DNA of 64,000 nt from Bacteroidota bacterium. Lineage in GTDB: Bacteria; Bacteroidota; Bacteroidia; Palsa-948. The position numbers and the translations under genes were made by a program. The notes beneath the pieces are model-generated. The model was given only the letters and a program-made list of their open reading frames with translations. It was not told where the DNA came from and made no database searches. The stretch spans positions 141 through 64,140 of the forward strand of contig JACRAL010000098.1 of NCBI GenBank assembly GCA_016213435.1. The letters run 5' to 3'. This document shows positions 36,411 to 44,598 of the stretch, piece after piece (the stretch's first letter is position 1; the number at the start of each line of letters is the position of its first letter).

Positions 36411-38747
36411 TATTATAGAATTTGTGAATTTTAATACTTGATCAAGGGGATATCTTAATGATCTGAATTTCGGGGGATTATCAATTATAAATCGCATTAA
36501 TAGTACTTTTCCTTTTTGAGGATTGATGCCAAATAAATCTTCAAGTTCCTTCAACAAGGTTGTTGCTTCTTTTCGCATGTTATCTGGAAGGGCATCTTTT
36601 TTACCATATACTAAAGTATTAAATATTAAAATTGATAAAGAAGGAGGGTGGGTGGAGATGTTATCATGATTGGCAGCCAGCCATACTCTTTCTAAAGCCC
36701 GACCGCCTTGGTAAAAATTATTGGTTGTGAATGAAGGCACTGTTAACAGCCCGACAGCGGCTGAGCCGCGAATCCACTTGCGTTGAATTTTTCCAAATGC
36801 AGAACCTAATTCCCAATCGGCAAGATGTTTAACAACCGACCAATCTTTGCTTACAAAAAATCCGGCAAATTCTGTTGGAGTTAGATCCATTGTTTCCTGA
36901 AAGCTAATTCCGTTTCTTGTTCTTTCCGCTTCTTCAATAGTCCAACGAGCTTCTCCTCTAAAATCATTATGTCCTCCTTTGCTCAGATACCTGATTCGAT
37001 CCATCTTGGCGGTTATCTCACTTAGTTTAATGAGCTTATCTTCATCATCTATAATAATCATATCTGCTCCGGGAATGGTGCGGGCAATTTCTTGTAGTTT
37101 ATTTAACCTGTTTTTTTCAATTGTTTTTCTTTGTACAATTGTTCTGTTTGATACTCTGGAGTTGATTGTTTTAGATAAGTGGTCGCACACATGGGGTTCC
37201 AGTTTATCTTTTATTTCAGCATGTGCTGTATCAAAAAAACGAAAGGTGGTTATTAATTTTGTATCGTCATTAATTTCCACTGTTTGAGCTGCTACTTCCA
37301 GTCCGAGCTCATGGGCTTTTAATACCAAATTTTCGGCTGCTGCTCCAAGCCCCGTAATCATGGTTGTTCTTTGGCAATCCAATAAATCGGGACGGAACAC
37401 ATCATCAAAAAAGAAGTATAGATTTTTGTTGTGATACATCCATTTCCATGTCTGGCTGTTTGCTCCGGAGGGAGCTTTAGAGGCAGCTTCGGCTAATTGT
37501 TTAATTGTGTTTTCCGGCAGATCAATTTGTAAGTTCCAGGTTTCTTGATGGGCTGAATGGATTATATCTAACATTTCTTTATCACTCAAAGATGGTTTGA
37601 TATTCAAAGGCTGCTCGATATATTCTTTTGTGTTTTTATCTTTTATTACCTCTTCCAGATCCACAAAATATCTTCCCGAATCATGCAGTTGATTCAGCAA
37701 AACTCTTCGGCACACATCCGCACATATTCCCCCGCCCAAAACCACACCCGATGCCAATTGAGGCCAGGTTGTTATTGTTTGTTCAATTTCCAGCATAGAA
37801 GCCCTTAGCCGGGTGGATGAAGTTTCTACTCCTAACATGGGTAACAGATAAGGAACTTTTTCTTCATTGGTCTTGGCCTGTTTTACTAAACTCAAATCCA
37901 AGTGATCAATCAATCCGTGCAAGATTGGTAATTCAGGGTTTAGATCATAGCGCTCTATATCGGTTGTTCCTTTATCGCTTGAATTCATAACAACGGGAAT
38001 ACGCAGTGACTTTGCTTTTTGACGTGTAAATATCTTTGTATACAAACCATCGCATACCTCAATGCATACATCTAACTTGCCATCTTTTAGAAAAAAGTCA
38101 TCTGCATTTGCTTCGGTTAGTCCATCAGAATACCAGGTAACTTTTAAATAAGGATCAATTTCCGAGATTTCTCTGGCTACCACAATCGTTTTTTTAATTC
38201 CAAAGTTTTGAACTCCGGTTTGTATGCGGTTTAGGTTAGAGAGTTCAATAACATCAAAATCTGCAATCCGGAGCTCACTGCATATTCGTTCCATGGCTAT
38301 GGTTAAAGCAATGGCTTTTCCTACAGACAATCCTATTACTCCAATTTTTTTTGTTGCAAGTATTTTTTCCTCCTCAGGAGTTATCTTATAATGATTCCTA
38401 TTTGTTCTTACTTCCACAAATTCTTTTTCATCCAATATATGTATCAACTTTTTTGACCAAGGGTAGTAAACCCAAACACCGTATTCTTCACTCGGTATAG
38501 AGCCAATATGTTTTTTAGCTGCTTCGGTTAAAGCGCTTTTAGTAAATACTATTTTAGGATTTTGAGATTTTACGAGTTCTTCCAATTGCCCCTGAAGCTC
38601 ATCAAATACATTTATATCGGGGGTTTCTTTAAGTAATTGCGTCAGCTTGTTGTTGTCAGAGGCGTTATTTAAGCGAAAAAACAATGGGTAAGCAACTGTT
38701 TCGCTCGATTTAGTTTGTTTGCATAAAATGGCTAATTTATCCTTCAT
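36408..38747 (-). CDS. E1-like (ThiF/MoeB-fold) - nitroreductase-like (SagB-type dehydrogenase fold) fusion protein, Rv1355c/MoeY-like architecture
   Basis: Rossmann KKIGVIGLSVGKAIALTIAMERICSELRIADFDVIELSNLNRIQ (E1-like nucleotide-binding). C-terminal ASKAPSGANSQTWKW is the nitroreductase-family FMN-binding signature. Confidence 0.65.
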   Translation of the reverse strand: MKDKLAILCKQTKSSETVAYPLFFRLNNASDNNKLTQLLKETPDINVFDELQGQLEELVKSQNPKIVFTKSALTEAAKKHIGSIPSEEYGVWVYYPWSKKLIHILDEKEFVEVRTNRNHYKITPEEEKILATKKIGVIGLSVGKAIALTIAMERICSELRIADFDVIELSNLNRIQTGVQNFGIKKTIVVAREISEIDPYLKVTWYSDGLTEANADDFFLKDGKLDVCIEVCDGLYTKIFTRQKAKSLRIPVVMNSSDKGTTDIERYDLNPELPILHGLIDHLDLSLVKQAKTNEEKVPYLLPMLGVETSSTRLRASMLEIEQTITTWPQLASGVVLGGGICADVCRRVLLNQLHDSGRYFVDLEEVIKDKNTKEYIEQPLNIKPSLSDKEMLDIIHSAHQETWNLQIDLPENTIKQLAEAASKAPSGANSQTWKWMYHNKNLYFFFDDVFRPDLLDCQRTTMITGLGAAAENLVLKAHELGLEVAAQTVEINDDTKLITTFRFFDTAHAEIKDKLEPHVCDHLSKTINSRVSNRTIVQRKTIEKNRLNKLQEIARTIPGADMIIIDDEDKLIKLSEITAKMDRIRYLSKGGHNDFRGEARWTIEEAERTRNGISFQETMDLTPTEFAGFFVSKDWSVVKHLADWELGSAFGKIQRKWIRGSAAVGLLTVPSFTTNNFYQGGRALERVWLAANHDNISTHPPSLSILIFNTLVYGKKDALPDNMRKEATTLLKELEDLFGINPQKGKVLLMRFIIDNPPKFRSLRYPLDQVLKFTNSII

Positions 38748-38892
38748 GGTTAATTTTGGGGTGTATGAAATCTTCTAAAAATGTTATTGTTTATATCAAA
38801 TAAACGCATAAATTTATGCATTATAATCTATTGTCTTTAAATTTATTAAGAATAATAATAGATAAAGATAAAAATCAATCCTATTAGAAATC

Positions 38893-39378
38893 ATGAAAAA
38901 TAATAAAATCACTGTTCTTTATGTAGATGACGAGGCCAATAATTTATTGTCATTCAAAGCAAACTTCAGGGAATTGTATGAAGTTTATACAGCTGAATCT
39001 GCCGAAGAAGGCAAGCGCATATTAAAAGAGAAAAAAATACACGTTATCATTACGGATCAGCGCATGCCTAACACCACAGGCATAGAATTTTTAGAATCAA
39101 TTATCAAAGAATATCCGGAGCCAATCAGAATACTCTTTACAGGATATACAGATATAGGAGCTGTAATTGAAGCCATTAACAAAGGACAAGTATATCGTTA
39201 CATTACGAAACCTTCCAACATGGAAGAGTTAAAAGGTATTATTGAGAATGCGTATGAAGTGTATTCCCTCCGTGAAGAAAATAAGGAGTTAATGAAAAGT
39301 TTATTGCAAGTGAATCAGCAACTGGAGTTTATGTTGCGTCAGAGATTGATTGCCATGGATACCAATGCTGAAAATTAA
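38893..39378 (+). CDS. stand-alone response regulator receiver (REC) protein, paralogous to the REC of ORF 31725-33104
   Basis: About 70% identity to the N-terminal 120 aa of the 459-aa hybrid kinase (ITDQRMPNTTGIEFLESII, YRYI(T/L)KP, IENAYEVY). Confidence 0.75.
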   Translation: MKNNKITVLYVDDEANNLLSFKANFRELYEVYTAESAEEGKRILKEKKIHVIITDQRMPNTTGIEFLESIIKEYPEPIRILFTGYTDIGAVIEAINKGQVYRYITKPSNMEELKGIIENAYEVYSLREENKELMKSLLQVNQQLEFMLRQRLIAMDTNAEN

Positions 39379-39550
39379 ATTTGATTGTTACTGTTCAGTG
39401 CCACAGTTAAAATAATGCAAAAGATGCGAATGTATCGAATATCACGAATAAAACATTAGCATCATTCGCATTCGTCCCCGATAGCTATCGGGGTTGGCAT
39501 TATTCTATCAATTATACATACCCACTGAATAGTAATTAGGTTTTTATTAC

Positions 39551-39820
39551 TTACTTCTCTATTTCCAGTTCCAATCCACATTTGCGGCAGTTGCCGGCTT
39601 TGGATTCTCTCACTTCGGGGCAGCCGCCACAAGGACAAATATACACCAGAGATGCTTCTTCATGATGTGTGGAATCATGTGCCATTGCGGATACCCCTTT
39701 GGAAGTATCAACCGGCATTGTATCCTCTTGTTTTTTTTCTCCTGAACTTCCGCATCCGGAAAAGGTGAGTGACAATGCAACGGCTCCTGTTAATACAGGG
39801 AATAAAAAGTGTTTTTTCAT
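39551..39820 (-). CDS. small lipoprotein with C-terminal CPCGGCPEV...CRKCG metal-binding-like motif
   Basis: Lipobox FSGC. C-terminus YICPCGGCPEVRESKAGNCRKCGLEL parallels the TCPMHPEV...KCGM domains of ORF 2722-3162. Confidence 0.45.
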   Translation of the reverse strand: MKKHFLFPVLTGAVALSLTFSGCGSSGEKKQEDTMPVDTSKGVSAMAHDSTHHEEASLVYICPCGGCPEVRESKAGNCRKCGLELEIEK

Positions 39821-39824
39821 GCTG

Positions 39825-40238
39825 TTATTTGTTTTTTATTTTATTTGTATTTTTTCGTATTAGTTTTTCATTCTCCTTGATTGCTTGTTTCAATTTTTTA
39901 AGTTCTTTGTCCGATATATTTCCCTTGGCATCTCTCTTCAATTTTGTGCGAATCCTTATTCCATCCTTTCCCCAAATATCCACGTTGTAATATAATTCTT
40001 CGTCAGCAGTAACTTCATCTGCTTCCTTTCTGAAAAAACTGTAAAGAGGGATCCGTAGCGCTTTCGAGATCAGTTCAAGGGTGCGGATCTCGAGAGAATT
40101 ATTTTTAAACTGGCTGTCAAGTTCTTTTTCAGTGGTGCCGATATATTCAGCAAGCTGGCGGTACGTGTAATGATGAAAAGTAAGTACAGCCAATACTTTT
40201 TCTTTAAGATCAAATTCGGGTGGAGCGCTTTCGTTCAC
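39825..40238 (-). CDS. HTH DNA-binding protein (XRE-like N-terminus, Lys-rich C-terminus)
   Basis: LAVLTFHHYTYRQLAEYIGTTEKEL looks like an HTH. Weak. Confidence 0.35.
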   Translation of the reverse strand: MNESAPPEFDLKEKVLAVLTFHHYTYRQLAEYIGTTEKELDSQFKNNSLEIRTLELISKALRIPLYSFFRKEADEVTADEELYYNVDIWGKDGIRIRTKLKRDAKGNISDKELKKLKQAIKENEKLIRKNTNKIKNK

Positions 40239-40291
40239 TAAAAATAAATCCCGCCCTATGCGGAATTCCGGTATTTATTATTTTTTTGTAT

Positions 40292-40915
40292 TCAATGCAA
40301 AGGTGGAGTTACAGCAGGAGGAGGCGATGCGATCTCGCTCTTAAATGTTTTAGAATACTCTTCCCACTGAATGGTTTTATACACATTTTCTCCAAAATAT
40401 TTTACGATGGGTTCCAGTTGAGCCGGTTGAAGATATCCCGGAACCTGCGTAATAAGGTTAAAGTCTTCATCCAGATAAACCGTGGTGGGATAAGACAATT
40501 TATTGCCAAGAAGTGATTGTGCCAACTGGTGAGTGGATCGGGGCACATTCGGACTGGGATTAACGAAAGTATTGTTGTTGAACCTCACGGTGTCTTTCAT
40601 TTCTGCATCCAATTTAACGGCATAGAATTTTTCGTTTATATAGCTTGCTATTACGGGGTTGGTAAAGGTGTTTTTATCCATCACCTTGCACCATCCGCAC
40701 CAGCTGGTGTATACATCAATAAAAACTTTCTTCTTTTCTTTTTTGCCTAATTCCACTGCTTCCTGAAAAGTATGCCAATGAATGCCCTCGCCTGATTCTT
40801 GCGCAGCAGCAGGAGTAGAGTTGCTTTGGCTTTCGTTCTTCTGCGAAAAGAAAACAAATCCACTCAGAAGCAAACCCGAAGCAAGAAGTGCGGTTATGAT
40901 TTTAGTTGTTTTCAT
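40292..40915 (-). CDS. secreted thioredoxin-fold protein (WCGWC active site)
   Basis: Signal peptide and YTSWCGWCKVMD CxxC motif. Confidence 0.65.
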   Translation of the reverse strand: MKTTKIITALLASGLLLSGFVFFSQKNESQSNSTPAAAQESGEGIHWHTFQEAVELGKKEKKKVFIDVYTSWCGWCKVMDKNTFTNPVIASYINEKFYAVKLDAEMKDTVRFNNNTFVNPSPNVPRSTHQLAQSLLGNKLSYPTTVYLDEDFNLITQVPGYLQPAQLEPIVKYFGENVYKTIQWEEYSKTFKSEIASPPPAVTPPLH

Positions 40916-41127
40916 GTTAAGTGTAAAGTTAAGGATTTTTATTTTGAGTGAAACGAAAATTCATTCCTTACTTCCCGTTCCACAAACACTCTTCCTCATG
41001 TTGTTTGATAAGCACGCCCTGTTTTGCGGAACGGTGTAATAATTCAGGATAACCTGCATAGATTTTTGGATAGTATCTGACACAGATACGTGAACCTGCT
41101 CTTTAAAAGTTAATTCATCGGATGGTT

Positions 41128-41480
41128 CTACTTATTCCTCTGCTTTTTGAATCAACAAAGCGGATGATTTTATTCATTCCTCTGCGTTTTGAATTGCTTC
41201 CTCCGATCATGCTATTCATTCCTCCGCTTTTTGAATCAACAAAGCGGATGATTGTATTCATTCCTCCACCTTTTGAATTATTTCATCCGATAATGCTATT
41301 CATTCCTCGGATTTTTGAATTAACAAAGCGGATGATCCTATTCATTCCTCTTCTTTTTGAATTGCTTCCTCCGCTTTTTGAATAAACAAAGCGGATGATT
41401 GTATTCATTCCTCCACCTTTTGAATTATTTCATCCAATCATGCTATTCATTCATCCACTTTTTGAATCATATCCTCCTAT
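41128..41480. repeat. degenerate tandem array, about 42-bp subunits (TATTCATTCCTC-N5-TTTTGAAT-N17) alternating two variants, giving an 84-bp period with about 4 copies
   Basis: TATTCATTCCTC occurs about 9 times and CTTTTTGAATCAACAAAGCGGATGATT four times. The ORF 41122-41385 is a repeat artefact. Confidence 0.7.
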
Positions 41481-41631
41481 GGTGCTACCATGGTGCAAAA
41501 TAAGGCAAGTAAAATGAGATGGCTTAGGGCTTTAAAGCGTAAGCGTATGGGAGTAAAAAAATAAAAAGAGACAAATGAATGCATTTGACTCTTTTTATTT
41601 CTATCGGGTGAAAGATAGAACTTGCAATCAA

Positions 41632-41675
41632 TTAGGGCTTCTTAGGAAACTTAGCTAAAATCCTTGTTAAGCGTT
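41632..41675. repeat. degenerate copy of the last ~35 bp plus stop of the C1-peptidase gene (encodes ...ILAKFPKKP* versus genuine ...ILVKFPKKP* at 43287-43320)
   Basis: ttagggcttcttaggaaacttagctaaaatcc versus ttaaggtttcttgggaaacttaactaaaatct. Confidence 0.55.
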
Positions 41676-41752
41676 GAAACACTCTGAGAGATTTGTGTGG
41701 TATGTTTTTCCATTTCATACGAAAACATTCCTATTTATTCCTGCAATTTATA

Positions 41753-43024
41753 TTATTTATCCGGGTTTAATCTTTTAGGATGGCATGCTGATAATACTAT
41801 TATCATTAAGAAAGTACCAACAGTAATTGTTTTATAATGCTGAGAAATATAACTTAGATGCCGACCAATTATACCATCTGTAGTTAAGATTGCCAAAATA
41901 AAATACAGAACAATCAGCAGCCACATTAGTGTGTTTGTGTTTCTTGAAAATACGATCCTATTATAGGAAAAAATTAAAAAATATATAACGTATAAAATCG
42001 CAGGTGCGATAAAAAAGAAAGCATATTTCTGTTGATGAGGAAATATAAGGGGAGTAATACAGAAGATATAGCTCAATTCCCATAGTGTATGAAGTTTTGT
42101 TCTGGATTTAATAAAAGGAGGGAATTTTAAGAAATATAACGTCATACAAATGAAAAATAATCTTCCTCCGTTTAAAACAATAGGAAATATATCTTTTTGT
42201 AAAACAATAATAGTGCTTCTGTATAAAATGTCCCTCTTGCCTGCATCAGTAAAATATGTGGTAATAAATCCGGAAAGGCTATGAATACCTTCTCCATTAT
42301 CGTATACAAGCTCAGGATTATTAAAGTTGATAATATTCCACCAGTCTGTCAATAATAGTTTGTTGAATTCCCAGCCATAAATTATGACAGGTAGAAATAA
42401 AAATACTATCAGGCAAACAACTGCTATTATAACAGGTTTGATTTGTTTGCGATAAAGAAAGTAGGGAATCATAATGATGGGCATTATTTTTACTATAATC
42501 CCAACTGAGATTAAAATCCCGCTTAATATGTATTTATTATTTTTTAGTTGGTAGGTTGCTTCAAGGCAACAATAAAGAAGAAAAATAGTCATTTGAACCA
42601 TTTCAAAATTATTAAGAACAAATCTTGAGGTCAAAATCACGGATAATATTACCCATAATCGGTATTGCTTTGTAGTAAGAGAGGAAAGGGGCAAGTACCA
42701 ACGAATTATTTTAAAAAGGCGGTATAAGAAAAAGAGATTGGCGAACAACCATAGAACTTGTGCAGTTGGATATGGAAAAAATGTAAATGGTATTAGAAAT
42801 ATTGCAAAGAGAGGGCTATAGCTATAACCGCAATAATCGTCTACGCCAAGGTATATCCATACATTATAACAATTCTTTCCTTCTCTCAGTAATTCTGCAG
42901 CTCCCATGTAGATTTGAAAATCTCCTCCCGCGTATGCCTGAATGAAACAATAAGCTATAACCAGAATAGCTGCCAATACCCTCACACATGTAATCGCCAT
43001 ACGGCTGCAATAAAAATTTCTCAA
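41753..43024 (-). CDS. polytopic membrane protein, GT87/DUF2029-like glycosyltransferase candidate
   Basis: 423 aa with about 11 TM helices, Tyr/Phe-rich loops. Confidence 0.4.
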   Translation of the reverse strand: MRNFYCSRMAITCVRVLAAILVIAYCFIQAYAGGDFQIYMGAAELLREGKNCYNVWIYLGVDDYCGYSYSPLFAIFLIPFTFFPYPTAQVLWLFANLFFLYRLFKIIRWYLPLSSLTTKQYRLWVILSVILTSRFVLNNFEMVQMTIFLLYCCLEATYQLKNNKYILSGILISVGIIVKIMPIIMIPYFLYRKQIKPVIIAVVCLIVFLFLPVIIYGWEFNKLLLTDWWNIINFNNPELVYDNGEGIHSLSGFITTYFTDAGKRDILYRSTIIVLQKDIFPIVLNGGRLFFICMTLYFLKFPPFIKSRTKLHTLWELSYIFCITPLIFPHQQKYAFFFIAPAILYVIYFLIFSYNRIVFSRNTNTLMWLLIVLYFILAILTTDGIIGRHLSYISQHYKTITVGTFLMIIVLSACHPKRLNPDK

Positions 43025-43286
43025 TAGAATAAATTAAATCTTTTAGATATGGGTTAGTGTAATGAGTCGAAATAAAAAGTCCAATAACCGTTTTTATGAT
43101 TTTTAGAATTGAATTTGCTTAAAATATCGTTGAAGGTCTGCCCGAATGATATCAGACCGAAGAATAAAATTATCAATGTAAAGATAAACTCTTGTGAAGA
43201 AGAGAAAATCCAGCTGATTTAATCTACTGCGTCATCTGCATTTCATTTTTTATCACTACTGTGTTTTTAGAGGTTCCCATTATTGA

Positions 43287-44555
43287 TTAAGGTTTCTTGG
43301 GAAACTTAACTAAAATCTCTTTCACTGCATCTTTATGAATGGTATAAGTGGTCATTTTTAATTTGATAAAATCTTCGTGCATGAACCAATAACCCGGTGC
43401 GGAGCGGTTGTTGTGTCCGCTGCTGCCTGAGTCTTTGATCAAATACCAGGTTCCGTTTGTTTTTTCTTCATACCCAACCAAGTGCATGGCATGGTCATCG
43501 GTGGTAGAGCCATTTGAAAAACGCATCTGGCGTGCATACTCATCAATGTATGCCGATGGGATATCGTAAGTGGGCACCATGATGACTCCTGATTTGCTAT
43601 CCATGCCGCTTTCTGAAACATCGCCTCCAATGGACATGGAATATCCATTCTTTATGGCATTTTTTACGATACTCATGAAATCATTCAGCGGAACATTGTA
43701 ATAATCTGCCGAATGCCACCAATTATCGGCCACTTTATATTCTGCCTGAGTCCAATAAGGAGCTTCCATCAAACTCATAAAGTCAACATAGTCATCGGGA
43801 TTTAATTTAGCAACATTCTTCAAGTATTCAAGAGGGGTTATTTTCTTTCCCGCAAGTGTTACGGTTGTTGGCGGCTCGCCCAAATAAAAGTTCATAATTG
43901 ATTTTATGGTGGAGATAACTTCCTCGGTGTTCCATGCGTTGGAAGCTTTAACTCCTTGCAGATAATTTTTCATTTCCTGCACCATCTTTCTATGGTCATG
44001 ATAAGATTGTCCGATTTTCATTCCGGTGTATGCCTCAAGCGGAACGATGCCATATTTTTTCATCATGCCGGCAACTGCGTTTGTTTCAGATCCTTCGTCA
44101 AAAAGAGAGACACCGCGTGTGCGTACAAATTCTTTTGCTTTTTCCACATATTGCCAGTAAAAGGTAAATGCCTCTGATAGCTGAATGTCCTGATTGCTCA
44201 GGCGTTTAATTTCTGATTCGTAAAAAGAGGTGGTGGAAAAGCACCAGCATGTGCCGGTTGATCCCTGAGATACGGGCTGTTGAGCAAATACGGTTTTGAA
44301 TTCTGCAAAAGATTTAGGAACATCTATTCCTGTAAAATCCATGCGGAAGGACAATGGTTTCTCTGCTTTTGGTGCTTCAAATGCATCAATCCCTTTTTGG
44401 ATCTGTTCGTAAAACTCATTTGATCTCTGTTTAAATTCTGCTTTGTCTTTTCTGTCTTGAGCGAATGTGTTCATGCAGCTCAATACTGCAAACACCACTG
44501 CGCTTGTGGAGATGATTCGTTTTTTCATAATAAGTAGAATATTTTTTTTTGACAA
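43287..44555 (-). CDS. papain-family (C1) cysteine peptidase, aminopeptidase C/bleomycin-hydrolase-like, secreted
   Basis: Signal peptide. Active-site QGSTGTCWCFS, and a His region GHAMHLVGYEE. Confidence 0.7.
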   Translation of the reverse strand: MSKKNILLIMKKRIISTSAVVFAVLSCMNTFAQDRKDKAEFKQRSNEFYEQIQKGIDAFEAPKAEKPLSFRMDFTGIDVPKSFAEFKTVFAQQPVSQGSTGTCWCFSTTSFYESEIKRLSNQDIQLSEAFTFYWQYVEKAKEFVRTRGVSLFDEGSETNAVAGMMKKYGIVPLEAYTGMKIGQSYHDHRKMVQEMKNYLQGVKASNAWNTEEVISTIKSIMNFYLGEPPTTVTLAGKKITPLEYLKNVAKLNPDDYVDFMSLMEAPYWTQAEYKVADNWWHSADYYNVPLNDFMSIVKNAIKNGYSMSIGGDVSESGMDSKSGVIMVPTYDIPSAYIDEYARQMRFSNGSTTDDHAMHLVGYEEKTNGTWYLIKDSGSSGHNNRSAPGYWFMHEDFIKLKMTTYTIHKDAVKEILVKFPKKP

Positions 44556-44598
44556 AGATAAGAGAAATAAAATCCCTGATTTCGTGTCAGAAAAAAAA

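Noticed and set aside
36184-36441. Plus-strand 85-aa ORF (GFELSG repeats) as a gene
   Set aside because: It overlaps the GNAT start on the opposite strand and is open only because the 21-bp repeat lacks stops. The minus-strand frame fits operon geometry better, and even that is uncertain.
41128-41480. Possible CRISPR array (regularly spaced short repeats)
   Set aside because: The inter-repeat 'spacers' are themselves only two alternating 17-nt sequences, repeats are degenerate and there are no cas genes nearby. This is a tandem satellite.
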